Source: an uncultured Clostridia bacterium
Lineage (GTDB): Bacteria; Bacillota; Clostridia; TANB77; CAG-508
Assembly: GCA_934120315.1 (NCBI GenBank)
Contig: CAKOTX010000001.1
Coordinates: 137,984 to 201,983, forward strand
Direction of reading: 5' to 3'
Length of the DNA: 64,000 nt
Part shown: piece by piece, positions 28,789-39,327 of the stretch
How the letters are laid out: every line of letters starts with the position of its first letter
Position numbering within the stretch: the first letter of the stretch is position 1
Position numbers and translations under genes: made by a program
The notes under the pieces: generated by a model
What the model saw: the letters and a program-made list of their open reading frames with translations, nothing else
The model's database searches: none
What the model was told of the DNA's origin: nothing

Positions 28789-29991
28789 ATGGCAAAAGCA
28801 AAATTTGAAAGAACAAAGCCACACGTTAACATCGGTACTATCGGACACGTAGACCATGGAAAAACAACAACAACAGCTGCTATCACAAAATACTTATCAT
28901 TATTAGGAAAAGCTAAATTCGAAGCTTATGATCAAATCGATGGAGCTCCAGAAGAAAAAGCAAGAGGAATCACAATTAACACAGCTCACGTTGAATATGA
29001 AACAGACAACAGACACTATGCACACGTAGACTGCCCAGGACATGCTGACTATGTAAAGAACATGATCACAGGTGCAGCTCAAATGGATGGTGCAATATTA
29101 GTTGTATCAGCAGCTGATGGACCAATGCCTCAAACAAGAGAACACATCTTATTAGCTAGACAAGTAGGTGTAAAATACATCGTTGTTTACTTAAATAAAT
29201 GTGATATGGTTGATGATCCAGAATTATTAGAATTAGTTGAAATGGAAGTTAGAGACTTATTAACAGAATATGGTTTCCCAGGAGACGAAATTCCAGTTGT
29301 AAAAGGATCTTCATTAAAAGTATTAGAGAGCACATCAACAGATCCTAACGATCCTGTATATGCTCCAATGAAAGAATTAATGGATGCAGTTGATAGCTAT
29401 ATCCCAACACCAGAAAGACCAATCGATCAACCATTCTTAATGCCAGTTGAAGACGTATTCACAATTACAGGACGTGGAACAGTTGCAACAGGTAGAGTAG
29501 AAAGAGGAATCGTTAAAGTTTCTGATGAAGTTGAAATCATCGGTTTATCAACAGAAAGAAAGAAAACTGTTGTTACAGGTGTAGAAATGTTCAGAAAATT
29601 ATTAGACCAAGCTGAAGCTGGAGATAACATTGGAACATTATTAAGAGGTATTGATAGAAAAGACATCGAAAGAGGTCAAGTACTATGTAAACCAGGAACA
29701 ATTCATCCACATACAAAATTTAAATCAGAAGTATACGTTCTAACAAAAGAAGAAGGTGGACGTCATACACCATTCTTCAATGGATATAGACCACAATTCT
29801 ATTTCAGAACAACAGACGTAACAGGTGTTATTGAATTACCTGCTGGAACAGAAATGGTTATGCCAGGTGATAACGTATCAATGACAATTGAATTAATCAC
29901 ACCTATCGCTATCGAAAAAGGATTAAGATTCGCTATTCGTGAAGGTGGTAGAACAGTTGGTTCAGGTGTTGTTGCTGACATTATCGAATAA
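28789..29991 (+). CDS. tuf: elongation factor Tu
   Basis: [13 protein letters not shown]; 400 aa. Confidence 0.95.
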   Translation: MAKAKFERTKPHVNIGTIGHVDHGKTTTTAAITKYLSLLGKAKFEAYDQIDGAPEEKARGITINTAHVEYETDNRHYAHVDCPGHADYVKNMITGAAQMDGAILVVSAADGPMPQTREHILLARQVGVKYIVVYLNKCDMVDDPELLELVEMEVRDLLTEYGFPGDEIPVVKGSSLKVLESTSTDPNDPVYAPMKELMDAVDSYIPTPERPIDQPFLMPVEDVFTITGRGTVATGRVERGIVKVSDEVEIIGLSTERKKTVVTGVEMFRKLLDQAEAGDNIGTLLRGIDRKDIERGQVLCKPGTIHPHTKFKSEVYVLTKEEGGRHTPFFNGYRPQFYFRTTDVTGVIELPAGTEMVMPGDNVSMTIELITPIAIEKGLRFAIREGGRTVGSGVVADIIE

Positions 29992-30221
29992 TATTTGAAT
30001 TTTAGATAAAGAGAGTTATGATTATTCATAGCTCTTTTTTATTTGTTATATAAATGTAATGAAAAAGTAATATTATTGTAATGTTTTTTTAGAAGAACAT
30101 AATGTATAATATCATTGTAATAATATATTGGAGTTTGCAGAAAAATTGACTTTTTTTACATAATATGTTACAATTAATAATGGTTGATTAAAATGTGAAT
30201 TAAGAAGGGAATGGTATCAAT

Positions 30222-31391
30222 ATGACAATAATAGAAATGTACAATAATAACAAAGAAATAAAAGAATTAGATGAGAATATAGAAAATTACAATGCAGTAG
30301 TAGCTTCTGGAAGAACAGTAGGAGAAGACTATTTTACAAAATTAGAAGAAATGAAAGAAAAACGTGAAAGTATGTCTATTATAAGTGAAGAGAAAATAGA
30401 CCAAAAAGTTGATGAGTATGAGAAAAAAGTAGAAGAATTTGAAAAAAATAATAATAGGATGAAAGAATTATCTGAATTAATTGAATCACATAATTCAGTA
30501 ATAGCAATGGGAAGAAATGTTCCAGAAGAATATTTTGAGCAAATAAATGAATATAAAAAAGAACTATCAGAAATGGAAGAAGTTCCAAAGAATAAAATAA
30601 TGGCATATAAAAGAGAATTAGCAGTAGCATATAAAGAAAAAATTAATACAGCACCTGAAAAAAATAGAAAATATGATGAAGCAAAAGAAAATATTGAAAA
30701 CCAAAGAGCAATGTTTTCATCTGGAAGAAGTGTTGGAGAAGAATATGGAAAACACTTAGAAAATTCCGAAAAACAATTTTCAAATATGAAAAGAATTTCT
30801 GATGCAGATATTGAAAAATGGAAAAAACTTATTGCAGAAGTAGATAAAGAAGACAAAGATGTAGATCAATTAAAAGAACTTATTGATACTCAACAATCAT
30901 TGATTGTTTCTGGAATAATTAGTGGACCAGATGTTATAAAAAAACAAGAAGATCTAAAACAAGAATTAAAAGAAAAAACAATGACAGTAGAAGACTTTGA
31001 AGAAAAAGATGAAATGAATGTTAATAGAGATGTTAATTTAGAGCAAATGACTAATAACATTAGAGATGCGATAGAGAATGAAGAAGAAAGAGCCAAGGAA
31101 CCAGAGGAAGAGATGTTGCCAGCTGTAATAAAAAGGGAAAATATATTATCTAGATTTGGTTCAAAGATTTCAGATACATTTAAAAAGATTGGTAGTAAAA
31201 TTACTGGATTATTTTCAAAGAGAGAAGACAAAAGTAGTAAAGAAAAAACAGATGATGTAAAAGTAGAAGATACTGCAAAGGCATTTAGAGAAGAAATGAA
31301 AAATGTATCAGAAGAATCAAGAGATGATAACTTTGAAGTACCACTTACACCTGAACGTACACAAGTACAAGATAAAGGAGAGACAAGATAA
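30222..31391 (+). CDS. hypothetical Glu/Lys-rich protein with four internal repeats of an SGR-x-VGEEY motif
   Basis: VVASGRTVGEDYF / VIAMGRNVPEEYF / MFSSGRSVGEEYG / LIVSGIISGPDVI, at about 60-70-aa spacing. Confidence 0.55.
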   Translation: MTIIEMYNNNKEIKELDENIENYNAVVASGRTVGEDYFTKLEEMKEKRESMSIISEEKIDQKVDEYEKKVEEFEKNNNRMKELSELIESHNSVIAMGRNVPEEYFEQINEYKKELSEMEEVPKNKIMAYKRELAVAYKEKINTAPEKNRKYDEAKENIENQRAMFSSGRSVGEEYGKHLENSEKQFSNMKRISDADIEKWKKLIAEVDKEDKDVDQLKELIDTQQSLIVSGIISGPDVIKKQEDLKQELKEKTMTVEDFEEKDEMNVNRDVNLEQMTNNIRDAIENEEERAKEPEEEMLPAVIKRENILSRFGSKISDTFKKIGSKITGLFSKREDKSSKEKTDDVKVEDTAKAFREEMKNVSEESRDDNFEVPLTPERTQVQDKGETR

Positions 31392-31402
31392 TAATTTTGA
31401 AA

Positions 31403-31436
31403 AGAAACACAAATTAAAAGTGTTTCTTTTTTTTAT
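31403..31436 (+). terminator. intrinsic terminator
   Basis: GAAACAC-aaattaaaa-GTGTTTC followed by T8. Confidence 0.6.
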
Positions 31437-31534
31437 AAAACTATTGCAATTTTAAGAAAACAATAATAAAATAGAAACATCATGAATAAGAATGAATAAA
31501 ACACAAGGAATCAAACAGGAAAGGAAATGAGACA

Positions 31535-32548
31535 ATGAATATATTACTAGATGCAATGGGAGGAGATAATGCACCAGATGCCAATATTAAAGGAGCATTA
31601 AAAGCAATAAATCAGATAAAAGCCGACATAACATTAATAGGTAAAGAAGAAATAATAAGACAAAAAATTAAAGAGTTTACTGGAAAAGAAATGGAAGAAG
31701 TATCTCCAAAATTCAAAATAAAAAATGCAACAGAAACAATAGAAATGGAAGATCAACCAACAATGGCAATAAAACATAAAAAGGATTCTTCTATGGTAGT
31801 TGGATTTAAAATGCTAAAAGAAGGAGAAGGAGATGTATTTATATCTGCTGGAAATTCTGGAGCATTACTTGCAGGAGCAACATTATTAGTTGGAAGAATA
31901 AAAGGAATAGATAGACCAGCACTTGCTGGAATATTACCAGCATATAAAAGCCAATTACTATTAATAGATTCAGGTTCAAATACAAATTGTAAACCAATAA
32001 ATTTATTACAATTTGCACAAATGTCTACAATTTATTTAAGAAATACATTTGGAATAGAACATCCAGCAATAGGGTTATTGAATATAGGAACAGAAGAGAC
32101 AAAGGGAAATGAATTAGTAAAAGAAAGCTATCAATTACTAAAAGAAAAATCTAAAGAATTAGATATAAACTTTGTTGGAAATGTAGAAGGAAGAGATGCT
32201 TTTTCTGGAAAAATTGATGCTATTGTAACAGATGGATTTACTGGAAATGTATTCTTAAAAGCAGTAGAAGGTTTAGGAAAGTTTGTAAAAAGAACATTAT
32301 CAGAAAGTTTAACTCAGAATTTATTATCAAAAATAGCTGCTGTGCCATGTTTACCTGCAATAAATAGATTTAAGAAAACAATGGATTACAAATCATATGG
32401 AGGAGCTTTATTCTTAGGAGTAAAGAAGCCAGTTGTAAAAGCACATGGAAGTAGTGATGAAAAATTATTTGAATTTACAATTAAACAAGCAGAAAAATTT
32501 GTTGAAAATAAAGCAGTAGATAGGATGATAGAAGAGTTTGAAAAATAA
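31535..32548 (+). CDS. plsX: phosphate acyltransferase PlsX
   Basis: ILLDAMGGDNAP ... full-length PlsX. Confidence 0.9.
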   Translation: MNILLDAMGGDNAPDANIKGALKAINQIKADITLIGKEEIIRQKIKEFTGKEMEEVSPKFKIKNATETIEMEDQPTMAIKHKKDSSMVVGFKMLKEGEGDVFISAGNSGALLAGATLLVGRIKGIDRPALAGILPAYKSQLLLIDSGSNTNCKPINLLQFAQMSTIYLRNTFGIEHPAIGLLNIGTEETKGNELVKESYQLLKEKSKELDINFVGNVEGRDAFSGKIDAIVTDGFTGNVFLKAVEGLGKFVKRTLSESLTQNLLSKIAAVPCLPAINRFKKTMDYKSYGGALFLGVKKPVVKAHGSSDEKLFEFTIKQAEKFVENKAVDRMIEEFEK

Positions 32549-32691
32549 AACCTGAATGGGTAGTACAAAAAATGAAAAAAATTTTAAATATGCTTGACAA
32601 AAATGATAACATATAATATAAATGTTACAGATAATATTTGAATTATTAAATGAAAGATATCATTTAGCACATGAGAGGAGGTGAACTTGTA

Positions 32692-32931
32692 ATGAGTTCA
32701 GAAGAAGTTTTTGAAAAAGTAAAAGGTATAATTGTAGAACAATTAGGTGTTGCTGATACAGCTGTTACAATGGAAGCATCTTTTATAGATGATTTAGGAG
32801 CTGATTCATTAGATATAGTAGAATTAGTTATGGCATTAGAAGAAGAATTTGATATCGAAATTCCAGATGCTGATGCAGAAAAAGTTGTTACAGTAGGAGA
32901 TGTAGTAGACTACATAAAAGAAAATGTATAA
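32692..32931 (+). CDS. acpP: acyl carrier protein
   Basis: [32 protein letters not shown] take the start as the ATG at 32692. Confidence 0.9.
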   Translation: MSSEEVFEKVKGIIVEQLGVADTAVTMEASFIDDLGADSLDIVELVMALEEEFDIEIPDADAEKVVTVGDVVDYIKENV

Positions 32932-33054
32932 AATAAAAGGAGAACGAATATATTCGTTCTTTTATTATGCTTGTAAACCTAAATTTTTACTAAAAAAACT
33001 TGAAAAAATCGTAAAATAGTATATAATATAGCTATATAAAAATCGGAGGCAATT

Positions 33055-33723
33055 ATGGAAAATTTAGAGGAAAATATTGGGTATACTTTTAAAGATAAAG
33101 AACTATTAAAAAAAGCATTAACACACACATCTTATGCATATGAAAACAATATAGAAAGTAATGAAAAATTGGAGTTTTTAGGAGACAGTATTTTAGAGTT
33201 CGTTTCAAGTGAGTATTTATATAATAATTACATTCAATTAAAAGAAGGAGAAATGACTAAAGTTAGAGCAACAGTGGTTTGTGAAAAAAGTTTATATAAA
33301 GTAGCAAAAAAGCATAATTTTAGTGATTTTTTATATCTTGGAAAATCAGAAAAAGCATCAAATCATGAAGTAAGACCAGCAATTATGGCAGACAGTGTAG
33401 AAGCAGTAATTGCAGCGATGTTTTTAGATGGCGGATTAGAACCAGCTAAGAAATTTATTATAGAAAATCTAAAAGATGAAATAGAAATTGCAAGTAAACA
33501 TGTGGGTCAAAAAGATTATAAAACAGTATTACAAGAAAAATTACAAATCCATGGAGATGTAGAAATAAAATATACGATTTTAAAAGAAATGGGACCAGAT
33601 CATGATAAAACATTTGAAGCACAAGTTGAATGTAATAATAAGAAATTAGCAATCGGAGTAGGAAAGTCAAAGAAACAAGCAGAGATGGAAGCAGCAAGAA
33701 AAGCTTTAGAAAATATAAAATAA
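33055..33723 (+). CDS. rnc: ribonuclease III
   Basis: ERLEFLGDSILE catalytic signature and a C-terminal dsRBD. Confidence 0.9.
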   Translation: MENLEENIGYTFKDKELLKKALTHTSYAYENNIESNEKLEFLGDSILEFVSSEYLYNNYIQLKEGEMTKVRATVVCEKSLYKVAKKHNFSDFLYLGKSEKASNHEVRPAIMADSVEAVIAAMFLDGGLEPAKKFIIENLKDEIEIASKHVGQKDYKTVLQEKLQIHGDVEIKYTILKEMGPDHDKTFEAQVECNNKKLAIGVGKSKKQAEMEAARKALENIK

Positions 33724-33738
33724 GTGGAGGTGAATGTT

Positions 33739-34800
33739 GTGAAAAAACAATATGTAATTCCAGTGTTTGTACCACATTTGGGATGTCCAAATGATTGTAT
33801 TTTTTGTAATCAAAGATCAATAAGTGGACAACAAAAAATGATAACAGGAGAAGATGTAAGAAAAACAATAAATTTTTATTTGGATAATATAAAAGATAAA
33901 GAAGCAAAAAAAGAAGTAGCATTTTTTGGTGGAAGCTTTACAGGAATAGAAGAAGAAAAGCAAGAAGAATTTTTAAAAATTGCATATGAATATATTAAAC
34001 AAGGAAAAATAAATAGTATTAGAATATCAACTAGGCCAGATTATATTAATAAGAAAATTTTAAAAAGATTAAAAAAATATAAAGTAGAAACAATAGAATT
34101 AGGTGTTCAATCTGCAAATGATTATATTTTAAAGAGATGTAATAGAGGTCATACATTTGAAGATGTAAAAAAAGCATCTAAATTAATAAGATGGTATGGA
34201 TTTAAATTAGGACATCAAATGATGGTTGGTTTGCCAGAAAGTACGAGAATAGATGAAATAAATACAGCTAAGGAACTTATAAAATTAAAACCTAAAATGG
34301 TAAGAATATATCCAGTGTTAGTTATAAAAAATACTAAATTAGAAAAAGAATTTCTAGAAGAAAAGTATACTCCTTTAACAGTTGTACAAGCAGTAGAAAC
34401 TTGTAAAGAATTAGTAAGTATGTTTAATAAAAAAGGTATAGAAGTAATAAGAGTAGGACTACAAAATACAGATGAGATAACAGATCCTAATATTGAAGGT
34501 AGTGAAGTTGTTGCAGGTCCATATCATCCAGCATTTAGACAATTAGTTGAATCTGGATTGTGGTATGATGCAATAGTAGCAAGAATTAAACAATTAAATG
34601 TAAAAGTAAAAAAAGTAGAAGTAATTGTAAATCCACAAGATGTAAATAATGTAGTAGGACATAAAAGAGAAAATGTTGAAAAACTAAAAGATATGTATAC
34701 ATTAGATATGATAGTTAAACAAGATGAGAAAGTAAAACCTGGAAAATTAGAATTAGAAGTTTTAGAAAAATATCCGGAATTTTTAGAAGATTATAAATAA
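33739..34800 (+). CDS. radical SAM protein (ELP3/MiaB-like core, CPNDCIFC cluster motif)
   Basis: C-x3-C-x2-C near the N-terminus. Probable GTG start 5 nt after GGAGGTG. Confidence 0.65.
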   Translation: MKKQYVIPVFVPHLGCPNDCIFCNQRSISGQQKMITGEDVRKTINFYLDNIKDKEAKKEVAFFGGSFTGIEEEKQEEFLKIAYEYIKQGKINSIRISTRPDYINKKILKRLKKYKVETIELGVQSANDYILKRCNRGHTFEDVKKASKLIRWYGFKLGHQMMVGLPESTRIDEINTAKELIKLKPKMVRIYPVLVIKNTKLEKEFLEEKYTPLTVVQAVETCKELVSMFNKKGIEVIRVGLQNTDEITDPNIEGSEVVAGPYHPAFRQLVESGLWYDAIVARIKQLNVKVKKVEVIVNPQDVNNVVGHKRENVEKLKDMYTLDMIVKQDEKVKPGKLELEVLEKYPEFLEDYK

Positions 34801-34813
34801 AGGGGAGAAATTT

Positions 34814-35758
34814 ATGGAAAAAAACAAAAGAATAACCAATATATTATTGATAGTGATAGTAATTTTAGTAGTTGTAGGATGTGTTTTAGCATATTTTTAT
34901 TTTACTAAAGATAAAACAAAGCCAATTATAGATCCAGAAGAGAGAAAGGCTTTGTTAAATCAAGAACAATTATTTACAGCAGATAATTATCCTAAAATAG
35001 ATGGTTCAACAGCAACATTACCACTTGCAGAAGCATTTAAAGCTAATTTTACAAAAACAGATATAAAAGATGTAAATGTAACTCATACAAAGACACATAA
35101 TGCATATGTTAATTTGATAAATGGAGATACTGATTTAATATTAGTTACATACCCATCAGAAGATGAGCAAAAATTAGCAAAAGAAAAAAATGTTGAATTA
35201 GAAATTGTACCTATTGTAAAAGAGGCATTTGTATTTTTTGTTAATAAAAGCAATGCTGTAAATAATTTAACATTAGAACAAATTCAAAAAATATATACAG
35301 GACAAATAAAAAGTTGGAAAGATGTTGGAGGAGAAAATCAAAGAATAATACCATTCCAAAGACCTGAAAATTCTGGTAGTCAATCAGGAATGCTATCACT
35401 TGTAATGAAAGGTCAAAAAATGATGGACCCAACAACAGAAACACTAGCATATACAATGGCTGACATAGTAGATGTTATTTCAGATTATAATAATGGAAAA
35501 TATGCAATAGGATATTCATACTATTATTATGCAAATACGATGTATTCAAAAGATAATATGAAATTTTTAGCAGTAGATGGAATAGAGCCAACTTATGATA
35601 ATATTAAAAACGGTTTATATGGTATACAAACAGCCTATTATGCAGTTATAAGAAAAGATGAAGCCAAAGACAGTGATGCAAGAAAATTGCTAGAAGCAAT
35701 GAAATCAGAAAGAGGACAAGAAGTAGCAAAGGAGGCTGGCTATGTTCAAAACTACTAA
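34814..35758 (+). CDS. membrane-anchored PstS-family (PBP type 2) substrate-binding protein
   Basis: N-terminal TM, then DGSTATLPLAEAF and RPENSGSQ-type PBP motifs. No adjacent permease or ATPase genes. Confidence 0.55.
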   Translation: MEKNKRITNILLIVIVILVVVGCVLAYFYFTKDKTKPIIDPEERKALLNQEQLFTADNYPKIDGSTATLPLAEAFKANFTKTDIKDVNVTHTKTHNAYVNLINGDTDLILVTYPSEDEQKLAKEKNVELEIVPIVKEAFVFFVNKSNAVNNLTLEQIQKIYTGQIKSWKDVGGENQRIIPFQRPENSGSQSGMLSLVMKGQKMMDPTTETLAYTMADIVDVISDYNNGKYAIGYSYYYYANTMYSKDNMKFLAVDGIEPTYDNIKNGLYGIQTAYYAVIRKDEAKDSDARKLLEAMKSERGQEVAKEAGYVQNY

Positions 35759-37082
35759 ATCTAAAGTAATATTTGTAGCAATTTTTTGTATTCTATGTAT
35801 AGTGGTAACTGTAGGGTTAGTGCTATATAAAAATATAGAAATAAATGATGAAATTGATGATGGCAATAAGGAAGAGGTAATTACTGACAAAGAAAAGGAT
35901 GTAGCAGGAATTGATGTAAAAGGAACATATAATCAAAATGATTTAATGATAGACGAAAAAAGAACAACAACAGGAAAAGCAGAAGTATTATATAAACAGA
36001 TATATGGTTTAAAAAATAAGATGATACAAGATTCAATAAATGATGAAATAAGAGAAGTAGCACTAAATTGTTATAAAGATAAAGTAAAAGATTTAAACCA
36101 AGTAATAAATGTTTCTGTTAGTATGAGCAAAATGGCTAATTATTCAAATGTATTATCATTAGAAACATATTATGTTGCGAAGAAAGATGATAATGGCGAT
36201 GGAGTATATAGTGGATATAAATGTTTAAATTATGATTTAACAACTGGTGAAAAAATACCAATAAATAAAGTATTTACATCAGATGCTCCAATTGAAGATA
36301 TTTTAAGAGATTCAGCATATTATAGTTTTCTTTCAAATGGAGAACTAGATATGAATTTGGCAGGAGATTTGATAGTAAAAGATTATACTGATATTGAAGA
36401 CAAAGTAGCAGATTTTATATATGCGTATAAAATGGGAAGAATAACAGATTTTTCTTTTTCAACAAATAATATATATATATATTATGGAGATGATGGAATT
36501 GTAACAATAGACATGGAAAAATATGCGGATTATATAGCTATTTATAATAGATATTTGACAAATGAATCTATTTTTGAAGTTAGCAGTATAGGTCTTAAAA
36601 ATTTGTTTACATTAACAGATAGAGAAAAAGATGTATATTATTATACAAATTATCAAAAAGAAAACAATTATTTAATTGATTTATCAATTTCATGTTATGA
36701 CGCAGATGATGAATATATAGCCAAATTTCTTCAAAATAAAATAAAAGATATGGAAGCAGAAATTGAAAAAGTAAAAGCATATGCAAATAAAGATTCTAAC
36801 AAATTTTATATTTTAAATTACCATATCTATGTTTATTTATTAAAAGATAGCTTAACAGCTGATAGATATTTTTGCTATAATGAAGCAGGAAATGTTTATG
36901 ACATGACTGTTCATGATTTTGAAGAGGTGGTTTCAGCTAAAATAAGAAAAGATATAAAAAACAAAATGAATGGTGGAGAGGTACCAGACTTCTTATATGA
37001 TTTCTCAGATGAGTTAAAAGTAGCACCACAAAATGTAACTGAATATTATGATAAAATTACTGGAGAAAAAGCAGTAATTTAG
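35742..37082 (+). CDS. hypothetical membrane-anchored extracytoplasmic protein (possibly DUF3298/DUF4163, RsiV/PdaC-like fold)
   Basis: N-terminal TM. 446 aa, Tyr/Asp-rich. Overlaps the upstream gene by 17 nt. Confidence 0.45.
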   Translation: MFKTTKSKVIFVAIFCILCIVVTVGLVLYKNIEINDEIDDGNKEEVITDKEKDVAGIDVKGTYNQNDLMIDEKRTTTGKAEVLYKQIYGLKNKMIQDSINDEIREVALNCYKDKVKDLNQVINVSVSMSKMANYSNVLSLETYYVAKKDDNGDGVYSGYKCLNYDLTTGEKIPINKVFTSDAPIEDILRDSAYYSFLSNGELDMNLAGDLIVKDYTDIEDKVADFIYAYKMGRITDFSFSTNNIYIYYGDDGIVTIDMEKYADYIAIYNRYLTNESIFEVSSIGLKNLFTLTDREKDVYYYTNYQKENNYLIDLSISCYDADDEYIAKFLQNKIKDMEAEIEKVKAYANKDSNKFYILNYHIYVYLLKDSLTADRYFCYNEAGNVYDMTVHDFEEVVSAKIRKDIKNKMNGGEVPDFLYDFSDELKVAPQNVTEYYDKITGEKAVI

Positions 37083-37137
37083 ATAAATGAATAAAAAGCC
37101 TGTATATTACAAATAATTGTAATATGGAGGCTTTTTT

Positions 37138-37989
37138 ATGAGCACAAAAAATTTAAAAAAGATTATTGTAGAATGGGCGGGAACTGTTCTTGGAGCTGCA
37201 ATAATGGCATTTGGAGTATCTTCGTTTTTATTACCAAATCAGTTATCATCTGGTGGATTTTCAGGTGTTGCAACAATTACTTATTATTTGCTAAATATCC
37301 CAATGGGATTAATGATAATGATATTAAATGTTCCATTATTTATATTTGCAGGATATAAGATAGGAAAAGATTTTTTTATAAAATCTCTTATAGGAACAGC
37401 AAGTTTATCAATATTTATAGATATATTTGATAAGTATCCAGCAGTCACGACAGATAGATTTTTAGCTTGTATATATGGAGGAGCTATAATTGGAATAGGA
37501 ACAGCAGTTATTTTGAGAGTTGGAGCTTCAACTGGTGGAACAGAGTTAATTGCAAATATTATAAAAATATATAATCCATATATTTCTATGAGTAGCTATT
37601 TGACTGCAATAGATATTATTATTATTGCTTTAAATGTAATATTTTTTAAGCATATTGAAATTGGTTTGTATTCTGCAATTGCAATTTATTTATATGGTCA
37701 AATGATAGATATTATATTTGAAGGAGTTTATTATACTAAATTAATGTTTATAATTTCAGATAAAAACGAGGAGATTGCTAAAGAAATAACTCAAGAAGTG
37801 AAAAGGGGAGTTACAGGACTATACGGTAAAGGGATGTTTAAGGAACAGGATAAATTAGTTTTAATATGTGCGGTTTCAAGAGGAGATATATCTAAGATTA
37901 AAGATATAGCTAAAAAAATTGATGAGAGAAGTTTTATAATTATTGCTAATGCAAGAGAAGTGTTAGGAAAAGGATTTAAAGAAGGATAA
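37138..37989 (+). CDS. YitT-family membrane protein (DUF161 + DUF2179)
   Basis: The N-terminus WAGTVLGAAIMAFGVSSFLLPNQLSSGGFSGVATI is typical of YitT. Confidence 0.75.
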   Translation: MSTKNLKKIIVEWAGTVLGAAIMAFGVSSFLLPNQLSSGGFSGVATITYYLLNIPMGLMIMILNVPLFIFAGYKIGKDFFIKSLIGTASLSIFIDIFDKYPAVTTDRFLACIYGGAIIGIGTAVILRVGASTGGTELIANIIKIYNPYISMSSYLTAIDIIIIALNVIFFKHIEIGLYSAIAIYLYGQMIDIIFEGVYYTKLMFIISDKNEEIAKEITQEVKRGVTGLYGKGMFKEQDKLVLICAVSRGDISKIKDIAKKIDERSFIIIANAREVLGKGFKEG

Positions 37990-38020
37990 AAAGCGGAAAA
38001 ATATTTTTTCCGCTTTTTAT
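37989..38020. terminator. bidirectional terminator
   Basis: AAGCGGAAAAATATTTTTTCCGCTT. Confidence 0.6.
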
Positions 38021-39327
38021 GTTCTAGTAATAAGAGTACTAGAAGTGACATTAATATTTGTAGTTACATTAAAATTAGCAGTTTTAAATTTTTCGTGCCA
38101 ATTAAAATCTTCCCATTCTTGATTGGTAGAAAAATGTGAAAGTGCCTTGTTTGAAAAAGCGTCGATATCTATATCATAATCTTGTAACTTTTTAAAATAG
38201 TCTGAATATTTGCTTTCTAAATAAGTTTTAGCAGATTCAGAAAATTTCTGTAATGTGGCATTATCACCATAGTCTATATTATCTTCTAGAGTTACAATAG
38301 AAGCTTGTAAGTTTAATTCTATATTAATATATGGAATATCATCTTTTATATCCACAGAAATTTTAGATTTTTTTGTTGGAGTTAATGATAATTCTATTTT
38401 TTCTTTATTATCACTTGGGTAAGGATTATCAATAGATATAATACAAGTTTTGATTTCATTTTTTAATAATAGGTGACACATAGTTTCAATTGTGTCAAGC
38501 TTACCACACATTTTGTCATTATTAAAGACTGCAATACCTATATTTTCTGTTCCACGCCTTCCTTGAATAGAACTGGTTCCTGCAACAAGTTTTTCTATAT
38601 TAGTAGCTGTATCTGCAACACTCACATTTTCGTTTTCGGTTTGAGACGAGGATTCGGAAGAGCCTGAATTTTCAGAACTATTTTTTTCTTCATTTGATCT
38701 ATTATTAGCATTAAGACCGCCAAGAATTGCGGTACCGTCACTGTTTCTTGTGGAAAGAGTATTAAAAAATTCTCCAATTGTGATATTAGAAAAATAACCA
38801 GTAAATTTATTTGTAAGAGAAAAAGTATCATAATAATTTGTGGTTAATTTTTCAAGATTAGGTTTTATATTGTTTAGATATTCATAAGCATCGCAAGAGC
38901 TAATTATTAAATTTGTAGTAGGTCTAAATTTTTCATTATTTATAAGACTATAAATTTGAGAAGAAATACCTTCTTTGGCAAATTCCTCAGAGAAAACGAC
39001 TAAATTACAATGTGATAAATTAATTTCCTTACCAATGTAACTATTTAATAAATTTATACCACTAAAAATAGAATCTGCTTCTGCTGAAACTAATACAATA
39101 TTATTTGAAGTTTCAGAAGAATTTTGAGGAGAAAATGAACTGGATTTGGTAAATTGGAGTGAGACTTTCATTTTGGCTTTTTCTCCAGTATCAACACCAA
39201 TGGCTAAAACATAAGCTAAATTGAACATGTTTTGATATGAATATGAACTAGAAAAGGCTCCAATAAAAATCAAAAGTAATATTATAAAACTGATAATTGC
39301 AATAGAATTTTTACTTATTTTAACCAC
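38017..39327 (-). CDS. spore germination protein, Ger(x)C family
   Basis: LAIGVDTG N-terminal signature and about 400-aa length typical of GerAC-family proteins. No classic lipobox Cys. Confidence 0.65.
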   Translation of the reverse strand: MVKISKNSIAIISFIILLLIFIGAFSSSYSYQNMFNLAYVLAIGVDTGEKAKMKVSLQFTKSSSFSPQNSSETSNNIVLVSAEADSIFSGINLLNSYIGKEINLSHCNLVVFSEEFAKEGISSQIYSLINNEKFRPTTNLIISSCDAYEYLNNIKPNLEKLTTNYYDTFSLTNKFTGYFSNITIGEFFNTLSTRNSDGTAILGGLNANNRSNEEKNSSENSGSSESSSQTENENVSVADTATNIEKLVAGTSSIQGRRGTENIGIAVFNNDKMCGKLDTIETMCHLLLKNEIKTCIISIDNPYPSDNKEKIELSLTPTKKSKISVDIKDDIPYINIELNLQASIVTLEDNIDYGDNATLQKFSESAKTYLESKYSDYFKKLQDYDIDIDAFSNKALSHFSTNQEWEDFNWHEKFKTANFNVTTNINVTSSTLITRT

